Part shown: piece by piece, positions 55,901 through 64,000 of the stretch | Layout of the letters: each line of letters opens with the position of its first letter | Numbering within the stretch: the first letter of the stretch is position 1 | DNA from: Alphaproteobacteria bacterium | GTDB taxonomy: Bacteria > Pseudomonadota > Alphaproteobacteria > Thalassobaculales > Thalassobaculaceae | Direction of reading: 5' to 3' | DNA length: 64,000 bases | NCBI GenBank assembly: GCA_024742605.1 | Contig: JANSYC010000002.1 | Span: 7,238 to 71,237, forward strand | Program-made: the position numbers and the translations under genes | Notes under the pieces: generated by a model | Seen by the model: only the letters and a program-made list of their open reading frames with translations | What the model was told of the DNA's origin: nothing | The model's database searches: none

Positions 55901-56796
55901 GCGGCCCCGTCCGGTTTCGGCCCAGTCTCTTTCGGTGCAGGCGGCTTAATCAAGGTCACGATCGCAACTCCGACCAAGGTCATCGCACCGCCGAACAGTT
56001 TCTCGAATGTGGCAGCTTCGTCCAAGAGTACGATCCCGAAGATCACCCCGAAGGTCGGGGCCAAGAGGGACAGGGGAATCAGCTGGCTGACCTGATAGCG
56101 TTGCAGAAGATGGTACCAGATGCCGTATCCGAAGACCGTCACCGCCAGCGCCATGTACACGACCGCAATCCAGGCCCACCACCCGGCGTCTGTGACGGTG
56201 GTCCAGGTCACACCCTCGATCAGCACCGACCCCACCATCAACTGTGGGGCCGCCAGCAGCGCGATCCAGGCATTCAGGGTCAGGGTCCCGATGGTCCCGA
56301 TCCGCTTGACCTGGATCGACGAGACCGCCCAGGCGAAGGCCGCCATGATGATCAGCGTCACATAGAACGGGTCGGCACCACCGCCATGTACGGCGTTCGG
56401 CCCCCCCGCGATCAACACCACACCACCGATTGCCAAGGCGATACCACCGGTCCGACGCCACCCGAGGGTGTCCCGGAAGAGAATATAGGCCAGCAGGGCG
56501 GAGAACGGGACCTGAACCTGAACCGCAATCGCCGCCACCGACGCGTCAACCCCCGACACACCGGTGAACATCAGGGCGAAATGGAGGAACCCGAGCGTGA
56601 AGGACACCCCGAGAACCTGAAGGAACTTACCTTTTGGCCATTTCAGCCACGGGATCAGAACCAACGCCACCAGGGTATACCGAAACCCCACCATCAAGAT
56701 CGGCGGCATTTCGCCAAGTCCGAGTTTGACGACCGCGAAATTGAGGCCCCAGGCCAAATTGACGCCCACCGCAAGGAGCAGGTCCACAGGCCTCAA
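55897..56796 (-). CDS. DMT superfamily (EamA-like) transporter
   Basis: 299 aa, about ten hydrophobic helices, two EamA-like halves. 4-nt overlaps with both neighbours. Confidence 0.75.
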   Translation of the reverse strand: MRPVDLLLAVGVNLAWGLNFAVVKLGLGEMPPILMVGFRYTLVALVLIPWLKWPKGKFLQVLGVSFTLGFLHFALMFTGVSGVDASVAAIAVQVQVPFSALLAYILFRDTLGWRRTGGIALAIGGVVLIAGGPNAVHGGGADPFYVTLIIMAAFAWAVSSIQVKRIGTIGTLTLNAWIALLAAPQLMVGSVLIEGVTWTTVTDAGWWAWIAVVYMALAVTVFGYGIWYHLLQRYQVSQLIPLSLLAPTFGVIFGIVLLDEAATFEKLFGGAMTLVGVAIVTLIKPPAPKETGPKPDGAA

Positions 56797-58646
56797 GCGG
56801 CACCTTCCAGTTCCTCACGCAGCGCTTCCAGCTCCAACCAACGTTCCTCGGCGGCATCGAGTTCAGCCTGGGCGCTTGAGAGCGCGTCAGTCTTGGCCTG
56901 AAACCCGTTCGGGTCCCGGGCATAGAGGTCGGGATCGGCGAGTTCTCGGGCCAGCGTGGCGACCTTTTCCTCCAAGGCCGCGATCCGATCGGGCAGTTGG
57001 CCGAGTTCGCGATCATCCTTGTAGCTGAGCTTGCCGGATTTGGCCTTGGGCTTCTCTCCTGAACCGCTCTTCGGTGTCTTGTTCGGTTTCAGCTTCGCCG
57101 TTTCCGGTGCGATGCCGCGCTGGCGCAGATAGTCCTGGTAACCGCCGACATATTCCTCGACCGTGCCGTCGCCTTCGACCGCCATGATCGATGTGACGGT
57201 CCTATCCAGGAAATCACGATCGTGGCTGACCAGCAGAATGGTCCCGTCGTAGTCAGCCAGTTCTTCCTGCAACAGGTCGAGCGTCTCAACGTCCAGATCG
57301 TTGGTCGGCTCATCGAGCACGAGGAGATTGTGGGAGCTCGCGAACAGTTTGGCGAGCAGCAGGCGGTTGCGCTCGCCACCCGACAGGGTCGAGACCTTGG
57401 CGGTGGCCTGCCGGTCGGCGAACATGAAATCGCGAAGATAGCTGACCACGTGGCGCGGTTTGCCGTGTACCTCCACCGTATCACCGCCACCGGGGCACAG
57501 GGTCGACCACAGGGTATCGTCGGGGTTCAGCTGCTGACGCCGCTGGTCGAAATAGACCGGCTCGACACCGAATCCCATTTTCACACGACCGGATTCCGGC
57601 TCCTCGTAGCCCAACAGCATCCGCAAAATGGTCGTCTTGCCCGCACCGTTCGGCCCGATCACGCCGATCCGGTCCTTCCTGCTCACAAGAAAGGAGACGT
57701 CGTTCGCAATCGTTCGGCTCCCACCTTTGGGGTCCGGATAGGTCTTGTTGAGATGGATGGCCTCCATCACCAGCTGCCCGGATTTGCTGGCCTCGCCGGC
57801 GGAAATATTCAGGCCTTGCGGCCGTTTGATCCGATCCGCCCGCTCCTGCCGCAAGCCAAACAGGTTACGCACCCGGCCCATGTTGCGCTTGCGACGGGCG
57901 GTCAGCCCCTCGCGCAACCAGCGGGTTTCCTCGGCGATGAGCTTGTTCAGTTTGTGGGCCTGGGCCTCTTCATCGGCCAGCACCTTCTCCGACCAGTCGG
58001 GAAACGCGTCGATCCCGCCGCTCAGCTTGTGCAGTTGGCCGCGCTCCAGCCAGACCGTCCGTTTTGCGAGCCGGCGCAGGAAGGCCCGGTCATGGCTGAT
58101 GATCAGCAGACCGGCCTGAATCCGCTCCAGAGCATCCTCCAGCCATTCGATCGTCGGAAGATCCAAGTGGTTGGTCGGCTCGTCGAGCAACAGAATATCG
58201 GGCTCGGACACGAGAGCCCGGGCGATGGCCGCCCGGCGCGCCTCTCCGCCCGACAGCCCACCCATGGTCCGCTCGGCATCGAGCCGCATGCCCTCCAGCG
58301 CGGATTCAACCAAATGCACGGTTGGCGTGCCCTCATCAACCGGCGGCAGACCACCCGCGACATAGTCAAAAACGGTGAGATCAGCGGCCGGTTTCGGCTC
58401 CTGCGGCAGGTAGACGACCCGCGCGCCGGGTTTCAGAAACCGGTCGCCCGAGTCCAGGTCGACCTCGCCGGCCAGCGCCTTCATCATGGTCGATTTGCCG
58501 GATCCGTTCCGACCGACCAGACAGATCCTGTCACCCTTCGCGATCGGGAGATCGATGTTCTCGAACAGGCGCCTGTCGGCAAATCCAAGCCCGGCCGCCC
58601 GCAGGGCCACGACCGGCGGAGCGGCTCTGTCAATCGGAGCGGCCAT
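56793..58646 (-). CDS. uup: ABC-F family ATPase, Uup-like
   Basis: Two ABC cassettes (GRNGSGKST; GPNGAGKTT; LSGGE twice), linker EETRWLREGLTARRKRNMGRVR, VEVHGKPRHVVSYLRDFMF, and a C-terminal coiled coil. Collinear with E. coli Uup as I recall it. Confidence 0.85.
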   Translation of the reverse strand: MAAPIDRAAPPVVALRAAGLGFADRRLFENIDLPIAKGDRICLVGRNGSGKSTMMKALAGEVDLDSGDRFLKPGARVVYLPQEPKPAADLTVFDYVAGGLPPVDEGTPTVHLVESALEGMRLDAERTMGGLSGGEARRAAIARALVSEPDILLLDEPTNHLDLPTIEWLEDALERIQAGLLIISHDRAFLRRLAKRTVWLERGQLHKLSGGIDAFPDWSEKVLADEEAQAHKLNKLIAEETRWLREGLTARRKRNMGRVRNLFGLRQERADRIKRPQGLNISAGEASKSGQLVMEAIHLNKTYPDPKGGSRTIANDVSFLVSRKDRIGVIGPNGAGKTTILRMLLGYEEPESGRVKMGFGVEPVYFDQRRQQLNPDDTLWSTLCPGGGDTVEVHGKPRHVVSYLRDFMFADRQATAKVSTLSGGERNRLLLAKLFASSHNLLVLDEPTNDLDVETLDLLQEELADYDGTILLVSHDRDFLDRTVTSIMAVEGDGTVEEYVGGYQDYLRQRGIAPETAKLKPNKTPKSGSGEKPKAKSGKLSYKDDRELGQLPDRIAALEEKVATLARELADPDLYARDPNGFQAKTDALSSAQAELDAAEERWLELEALREELEGAA

Positions 58647-58649
58647 GAG

Positions 58650-59387
58650 TCAGCTGATGCCCCGGCTCTTCTTGATCCGGTCCCAGGCGGCGTTGATGGT
58701 GGCCATCTTTTCAGTGGCGCTTCTCACGAATTCCTCCGGCAAACCCTGCGCCATCAATCGGTCCGGGTGATGCTCGCGCAGCAGCGTGCGATAAGCGGTC
58801 TTGAGTTCGTCGTTCGACGCATTCGGATCGACCCCGAGCACGGTGTAGGGGTCCTCTTTGCCATCCCCGACGAAGATGGTGCGGAAGCGATCGAATGTGA
58901 GGGCGTCGAAACCGAAAATCTCCGAGACGCGCTTGAGATAGGCCAGTTCGCTCTCATGCACCGTTCCATCGGCCTTGGCGATGTAGAACAGATTGCCGAT
59001 CAACTGTTCCAGAATCGGCGACCCCGGATTGAACAGACGCGCGATCTGCTGGGCATAGGCCTCGTAGCCATCGGCAGTCTTGCGGGCCATGTCCCAGACC
59101 CGGCCCACATTCTTGATTTCGGATTGCGGGACATGGAAGACCTCCCGGAACGCTGCGATCTCATCCTTGGTGACGACTCCGTCGACCTTGGCCATCTTCG
59201 CACCAAGCGCGATCACGCCGATCGTGAAGGCGACCTTCTTGGTGCCCGCTTCTTCATCCCTGGGGGCGTCGTCGGTCTCGGCATAGGAATCTATCGCATG
59301 TCCGGCCGCGGCTCCGACCAGTGCACCGAGTGGACCGCCGAATGCAAACCCTGCCGCGCCGCCAATTATTTTGCCCCAAATACTCAA
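58650..59387 (-). CDS. djlA: DjlA-like co-chaperone (N-terminal Gly-rich TM, TerB-like domain, C-terminal J domain)
   Basis: MSIWGKIIGGAAGFAFGGPLGALVGAAAG..., central TerB-like KADGTVHESELAYL, and a C-terminal J domain DPYTVLGVDPNASNDELKTAYRTLLREHHPDR. Confidence 0.85.
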   Translation of the reverse strand: MSIWGKIIGGAAGFAFGGPLGALVGAAAGHAIDSYAETDDAPRDEEAGTKKVAFTIGVIALGAKMAKVDGVVTKDEIAAFREVFHVPQSEIKNVGRVWDMARKTADGYEAYAQQIARLFNPGSPILEQLIGNLFYIAKADGTVHESELAYLKRVSEIFGFDALTFDRFRTIFVGDGKEDPYTVLGVDPNASNDELKTAYRTLLREHHPDRLMAQGLPEEFVRSATEKMATINAAWDRIKKSRGIS

Positions 59388-59583
59388 GATAAACGTCCCG
59401 ATACCGATGCCGCAGCCACAACCTGAACAGGCTTATAACGCAGGTGCGAGACACGATCGAGTCTGTCGACCGCCCGATCCGGGATCAATCTTTGGGGAAC
59501 CCGCGAACGCCGCCCGAACCGCGTCCCGCTACGGCACGGTCGTCGATCTCCAGATGTCGACCGCGCCCGGCATTGGTCGCGGT

Positions 59584-59931
59584 CTATCGGGCGCCGTGGC
59601 GTTGAAAATACTCGAGGACGGTCATCTTGTGCACCTTGTTCAGGAGCTGGAAGTTCATGGCCAGCCTGTCGCCCTGAAGTCGGACGACAATCGCCTTGCA
59701 GCCGAACTCGATCCGCTTGCCATCATCCTCGACCGAGACCGTGATGCTGCAGACTTGGCCTTTGGCCAGATGGTCCGAGTGCCCGGAAATGAGCAGGCCG
59801 CTGGCACTCCAGTTCACCAGCGGGTATGTCTTGCTGTCGATACGGACGGAGCCGATAGCATCCAGACGCGCTGCCGCTCGGCGACCGTCTTTCTCGGCGC
59901 CACCGAAACCCAGTATGTTCATCAAGCCCAT
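59584..59931 (-). CDS. Stand-alone PilZ domain protein
   Basis: RRAAAR (RxxxR) then VNWSASGLL (NxSxxG) within ~25 residues. Start uncertain (59961, 59955, 59931 or 59922). Confidence 0.65.
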   Translation of the reverse strand: MGLMNILGFGGAEKDGRRAAARLDAIGSVRIDSKTYPLVNWSASGLLISGHSDHLAKGQVCSITVSVEDDGKRIEFGCKAIVVRLQGDRLAMNFQLLNKVHKMTVLEYFQRHGAR

Positions 59932-59993
59932 TTTAGACCCACTCCATGAACGCATTTCCATCGATACTGGTAGCGAAAGGTTAAGATTCGGTT

Positions 59994-62501
59994 ATGAACC
60001 TTTCGACGATGGACCTTACGACCGCGTTTGCCGATGCCGCGACTCTGGCCGGACAGGGCCGGGCCGAATACGCCCTGGCGGCGTTCACGGAGATTGCCCG
60101 GCGCTGGCCGAATGTCGCCCTGGTTCATGCCAACCGCGCCGTCCTGCTGCGCCGGTTGGGTCAGAACGTCGAAGCGGTCTCGGCTTTCAGCACGGCCGCA
60201 CGCCTCGACCCCAGAGACCCGGAGCGTTGGTCCGCCCTCGCGGGCGCGGCCCATGACAGCGGCTCAATCGCCACAGCGGTCTCGGCCCTTCGCCGACAGA
60301 TCCTGCTGACACCGCACAATCCGGATGCGGTCTACAATCTGGGCGTGGCCCTGCCCATGCTCGGCCTGCGCCACGAGGCCGAACGAGAGCTGCTCAAGCG
60401 GGTGACCATGGATCCGGGCGCGTCGGGGGCTTGGGTGCGGCTGGGGCGTGCAAAATTCCGGACCGGCCGGCCAAACAGAGAGCTGTTCGCCGCCTTTCAG
60501 AAGGCCTGCGTGCTGGAGCCCGCGAATTTCGACGCCCTGGCCGGGTTGGGCGTTCGGTTCGGTGGACTGTCCCATCTCAGCCGCTGGCATGTGCGCGCGC
60601 CGAACACGATCGAAGCCTCCGAACTGTTGGCGAAGGCGCTGATAGATGCGGGAAAACACACCCGTTTGCGGACCCTCCTGAACGACCACCTGAGTGAGAT
60701 CTCGGCGACCGACAATGCGGACGAATTGATCCGTCTGGTCCGGGCGGTCACTCCGCCGATCGCCCCGCACCTCAGAACTTCCTATGAACGCTGGATCGAG
60801 CGGCATGACCAGGTCGACGTCGCGGGCTGGCGAGCCGCGATCAGCGGATGGGAGAACCCGCCGACCATCTCGATCCTGTTGCCGGTCTGCGATCCGCCGG
60901 TCGAGGTGTTCCGCGAGACATTGGCCTCGGTCACCGGACAGATCTACCCACACTGGACCCTGTGCATCGCCGATGACGCCTCAACCAATCCGGAAGTTCG
61001 CGCATTGATCGATGCGCTCGCTCGGTCGGACGCCAGGGTGAAGGTCGACTGGCGGGTCCGGCGCGGGCACATTTCGGCGGCGACCAATTCCGCGCTGAAA
61101 CTGGCCGACGGCCCGTTCATCGGCTTTCTGGACCATGACGATCTGCTGGCACCGCACGCACTGGCGGTGATGGCGGAGGCGTTGGTTCGGAATCCCGAAC
61201 TGGACTTGCTCTACTCCGACGAGGACAAGCTCGACGAGGCGGGCACCCGTTTCGGGCCTCATTTCAAGCCGGGATGGGATCCGGATCGGATCGTCCGCCA
61301 GAACTATGTCTGCCATTTCGCGGTTCACCGGACGGCCCTGGTTCGCAGACTGGGCGGGCTCCGGATCGGGTTGGAGGGTGCGCAGGACCACGATTTGGTG
61401 CTCCGGATGTCCGAGATCGTTCCGGCGGCCCGGATCCGACATATCCCCCGAATTCTTTATCACTGGCGTGCCATTGAGGGGTCGACGGCGACCGGCCTCA
61501 CCGCGAAACCCTATGCCGCTCAGGCTGGCGACCGCGCCGCCTCAGACCATCTGATGCGCACCGGAACCGGTGCGCGGGTCTGGTCGGATCGCCACGGGCG
61601 CAGGGTGATCCATCATCTGCCCGTCATCCCGCCACGCGTCGTCGCGATTATTCCAACTCGCGACAGGGTCGAGCTTTTGCGTCAGACGGTCGATGGGTTG
61701 CTGCTCCGGACGGATTATCCGGATATCGAGGTGATCATAGTGGACAACGGCAGTACGGCTTCTGAGACCGAACGCTATCTGTCCGATCTGTCCGCCGACC
61801 CTCGAGTTGCCGTCCTGAACCATCCGGGCGCGTTCAATTTCTCGGCGATGATGAACCGAGCAGCCGCGCTCAGATCAGTGGGCGGGACACGTCCGGTCTC
61901 AGGCCAGGATATTCTGCTGTTCCTGAACAATGATGTGGAGCCATTGCAGGACCGGAGCTGGCTCCGCGAATTGGTCAGCCAGGCCGCCCGGGCGGATGTC
62001 GGGGCCGTGGGTGCCTTGCTGCTCTATCCCAATCGAACGGTTCAGCATGCCGGCGTGGTTCTGGCGGGGGATTGGGTCGCCCGTCATGTGGAATCCGGAG
62101 ACGAGGATTCCGAGCCCGGATATCTCAGCCGGCGCCGGATCACCCAGACCGTTTCGGCGGTCACCGGAGCCTGCCTCGCGATCCGACGCGAAGTCTTCGA
62201 CAGGGTCGGAGGATTCGACGAAAACGGACTCGCGATCGATTTTTCCGATATCGACCTCTGCCTGAAAGCCGGAGCAGCGGGATACCGGACCGTGTTCGCG
62301 CCTCTGGCAAAGCTGATCCATCATGAATCTGCCACGCGCGGGCCGTTCATGTCACCGGAAAAACGTCCGCGCTGGGAAGCAGAAGCCGCTGTGATGCGCC
62401 GGCGGTGGGGCGATCTGCTGTCCGCCGACCCCTACTACAATCCCAATCTGGCGATCGGGCCGACCGCACGCGCCTTCACGCCAAAACTGGAAGACGGCTA
62501 G
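59994..62501 (+). CDS. TPR-repeat protein fused to two family-2 glycosyltransferase domains
   Basis: 835 aa. N-terminal TPR-like repeats (NRAVLLRRLGQNVEAVSAFSTAARLDPRDPE...). GT2 domain 1: ISILLPVCDPP...DDAS...FLDHDD. GT2 domain 2: VVAIIPTRDR...VDNGS...LNNDVE. Confidence 0.8.
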   Translation: MNLSTMDLTTAFADAATLAGQGRAEYALAAFTEIARRWPNVALVHANRAVLLRRLGQNVEAVSAFSTAARLDPRDPERWSALAGAAHDSGSIATAVSALRRQILLTPHNPDAVYNLGVALPMLGLRHEAERELLKRVTMDPGASGAWVRLGRAKFRTGRPNRELFAAFQKACVLEPANFDALAGLGVRFGGLSHLSRWHVRAPNTIEASELLAKALIDAGKHTRLRTLLNDHLSEISATDNADELIRLVRAVTPPIAPHLRTSYERWIERHDQVDVAGWRAAISGWENPPTISILLPVCDPPVEVFRETLASVTGQIYPHWTLCIADDASTNPEVRALIDALARSDARVKVDWRVRRGHISAATNSALKLADGPFIGFLDHDDLLAPHALAVMAEALVRNPELDLLYSDEDKLDEAGTRFGPHFKPGWDPDRIVRQNYVCHFAVHRTALVRRLGGLRIGLEGAQDHDLVLRMSEIVPAARIRHIPRILYHWRAIEGSTATGLTAKPYAAQAGDRAASDHLMRTGTGARVWSDRHGRRVIHHLPVIPPRVVAIIPTRDRVELLRQTVDGLLLRTDYPDIEVIIVDNGSTASETERYLSDLSADPRVAVLNHPGAFNFSAMMNRAAALRSVGGTRPVSGQDILLFLNNDVEPLQDRSWLRELVSQAARADVGAVGALLLYPNRTVQHAGVVLAGDWVARHVESGDEDSEPGYLSRRRITQTVSAVTGACLAIRREVFDRVGGFDENGLAIDFSDIDLCLKAGAAGYRTVFAPLAKLIHHESATRGPFMSPEKRPRWEAEAAVMRRRWGDLLSADPYYNPNLAIGPTARAFTPKLEDG

Positions 62502-62528
62502 GACCCGGGCCGCCACGGCCTGCGCCGA

Positions 62529-62894
62529 TCAGCACAACCGCGCGCCGTTCGGGACCGTCTTGCCGGGCTGGATGAGCGAGACATGGCCATCGGCATCGTA
62601 GAAACCGAGCGTCAGGACCTCGCTCATGAACGGGCCGACCTGGCGCGCCGGAAAATTCACGACGGCCGCCACCTGCCGGCCCACCAGGTCCTCGACGCTG
62701 TGATTTTGCGTGACCTGGGCAGAGGTCTTACGGATACCGATCGGATCGCCGAAATCGATCCAAAGCTTCAAGGCCGGCTTGCGTGCCTCGGGAAACGCCT
62801 GCACGTCGACCACCGTTCCGACCCGGATATCGACCTTCAGAAAATCATCGAGGCCAATCTGATCGGCAGGTGGCTGGAAATCCGTACTGCTCAT
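62529..62894 (-). CDS. csaA: tRNA-binding domain protein (CsaA/EMAP-like)
   Basis: FLKVDIRVGTVVDVQAFPEARKPALKLWIDFG...KTSAQVT...LVGRQVAAVVNFP OB-fold tRNA-binding domain. Start at MSSTDFQ inside the track ORF. Confidence 0.75.
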   Translation of the reverse strand: MSSTDFQPPADQIGLDDFLKVDIRVGTVVDVQAFPEARKPALKLWIDFGDPIGIRKTSAQVTQNHSVEDLVGRQVAAVVNFPARQVGPFMSEVLTLGFYDADGHVSLIQPGKTVPNGARLC

Positions 62895-63001
62895 CGGTCT
62901 CTCCCTCAAAGTCAGACCCGATAGCACAAGACCGGAGCCCGATCGACCGCGGAGCGGCCGACCCGGCTCCAGACAGTCGTTAGGAGCGGCACCAGAACGA
63001 A

Positions 63002-63037
63002 AAAGGGCCGACCCCGGTCTCTCGGGAGCGGCCCTTT
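63002..63037 (-). terminator. Rho-independent terminator downstream of the phasin gene
   Basis: AAAGGGCCG (63002..63010) / CGGCCCTTT (63029..63037). On the minus strand the stem is followed by TTTTCGTT. Confidence 0.65.
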
Positions 63038-63080
63038 CATCGTGGCCGACCCATCTGGGCCGACCATGTTCGAACGCGAC

Positions 63081-63509
63081 TTACTTCTCAAGCTTCTTCA
63101 GCTGCTCACGGATCTCGTCAAGCTGCTCGCCGAAGCGCTTGTTGAGAACCTCAACGGCCTCGCCCTGCGACTTCTGAACGATCTCCATCGACTCACGGGC
63201 ATTAGAGAGCATCTTCTCGTAGGCCGACTTGGCAAGCTCAGCCTGCTGGCTGGCCTTGACGTCGTTCGGCGACGACGGGATCTGGGACATCATCTTCTGC
63301 AGTTCCTGGACGCCTTCCTGGAGAACTTCCGCGTTCCGGCGCATGACGGCCTGGAAGCCCTCGACGGCCATCTGGTTCGCTTGAGCGACCGCCTCGAAGT
63401 TCTTCTTCTGAGCTGCAGCAATCGAATCCGGATCCAGGTTCGGAATCTTGAATTCGGTCATCATCTTCTGCATGTCGAAATCTGCGAAGGGGTTCTTGAA
63501 GTCAGCCAT
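63081..63509 (-). CDS. Phasin (PHA granule-associated protein) family protein
   Basis: MADFKNPFADFDMQKMMTEFKIPNLDPDSIAAAQKKNFEAVAQANQMAVEGFQAVMRRNAEVLQEG is typical of alphaproteobacterial phasins (Phasin_2). All-helical, 142 aa. Confidence 0.8.
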   Translation of the reverse strand: MADFKNPFADFDMQKMMTEFKIPNLDPDSIAAAQKKNFEAVAQANQMAVEGFQAVMRRNAEVLQEGVQELQKMMSQIPSSPNDVKASQQAELAKSAYEKMLSNARESMEIVQKSQGEAVEVLNKRFGEQLDEIREQLKKLEK

Positions 63510-63614
63510 GGGTGTTTCCTCCAACTGCGACCGCCCTGACGAAGAGAAGCGGGTCGGTCAAACTGAATCTGATATCAGCAGCGTAAGAACAATCCTCAGA
63601 GCATCCGAACGGGA

Positions 63615-63685
63615 TTGCTGCACTGCACACAAACCCATATGTAACCTTTAATCAGGCCGAGTCAACGATTTTTGTGCGGTGCACA
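63615..63685. promoter_or_regulatory. TGC-rich repeats upstream of the phasin gene (possible PhaR-type operator)
   Basis: TTGCTGCACTGCACAC (63615..63630) and TGTGCGGTGCACA (63673..63685) lie 105-175 nt upstream of the phasin start. PhaR operators described in other bacteria are TGC-rich. No PhaR gene is seen in the window. Confidence 0.3.
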
Positions 63686-63727
63686 ATTTTTTTGAATTCG
63701 CGGGGCCGTTGTGAGGACACAGGTCGC

Positions 63728-64000
63728 CTAGTTGCCCGGTGGGAGCCTGTCCCCATTCGGTGGCTCGCGTTCGGACAAGCGCCGCCGTTTTTCGGCATCG
63801 CGCAGCAACACCACGATGCCCTCGGCCGCGCCATCCGCGATCGGCTGGGCGACGGCACCCCAGCTTTTGTTCAGAGAGCCAGCCGGAACCTGATTTTCCT
63901 GATCGATCACGCCAACCTCGCGACCGGCCCCATCGCTCACAACCCACGCGATCTTCACATGGTCGGCACCATTTTCAAGCCGGTCAATCGTGACTTGGCC
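63728..64000 (-). CDS. Hypothetical protein, 5' end outside the window
   Basis: The minus-strand frame stays open to the window edge. My translation of the last 91 codons is GQVTIDRLENGADHVKIAWVVSDGAGREVGVIDQENQVPAGSLNKSWGAVAQPIADGAAEGIVVLLRDAEKRRRLSEREPPNGDRLPPGN. No family recognised. Confidence 0.5.
   Translation of the reverse strand, partial: GQVTIDRLENGADHVKIAWVVSDGAGREVGVIDQENQVPAGSLNKSWGAVAQPIADGAAEGIVVLLRDAEKRRRLSEREPPNGDRLPPGN

Noticed and set aside
57222-59426. 734-aa plus-strand ORF
   Set aside because: It is antisense to uup and djlA, both of which have unmistakable motifs on the minus strand. The composition is low-complexity.
1-64000. Search for CRISPR arrays, IS elements, integrases, phage genes, tRNA/rRNA genes and toxin-antitoxin pairs
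   Set aside because: I found no regularly spaced direct repeats, no transposase/integrase/recombinase-like ORFs, no terminal inverted repeats flanking the less GC-rich genes, and no cloverleaf-capable sequences. The window reads as core chromosome.

Overview
This is a GC-rich, gene-dense chromosomal segment that looks alphaproteobacterial. The evidence for that is a petABC cytochrome bc1 operon, an Alph_Pro_TM/TIGR02186-type gene, a MoxR-DUF58-BatA_N operon divergent from DUF1285-NUDIX-cca, and a phasin gene. I call 62 protein-coding genes (two cut by the window edges), 4 hairpin terminators and 1 putative operator region. I saw no rRNA, tRNA, CRISPR array, transposase, integrase or prophage genes. 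Most genes are housekeeping or central metabolism: bc1 complex, mtnP, trmL, the yejABEF peptide ABC importer, hemF, hutI, cca, uup, djlA, wrbA/pirin/LysR, ornithine decarboxylase and tandem ghrA paralogs. Many very long ORFs in the track are antisense artefacts of the high GC content and are rejected. I did not find an unambiguous novel system. The best candidates for follow-up are: (1) a head-to-head pair of large unassigned genes (12349..15248) next to a secreted Sel1/S1-protease + DUF1194 vWA-like pair; (2) the four-gene MoxR/DUF58/BatA_N-DUF4159/vWA-like membrane operon and its divergently transcribed, translationally coupled DUF1285-NUDIX-CCA chain; (3) an orphan, less GC-rich 344-aa gene with its own terminator, divergent from a stand-alone PilZ gene; (4) a ~550-bp AT-rich intergenic region with repeated GCAAA-N-GCA motifs upstream of an ArsR-rhodanese-TauE-TIGR02186-USP cluster; (5) a PilZ gene divergent from a TPR + double-GT2 glycosyltransferase; (6) a possible speF-type leader upstream of ornithine decarboxylase. 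All family calls come from motif recognition by eye. Start codons are often uncertain by a few tens of codons.
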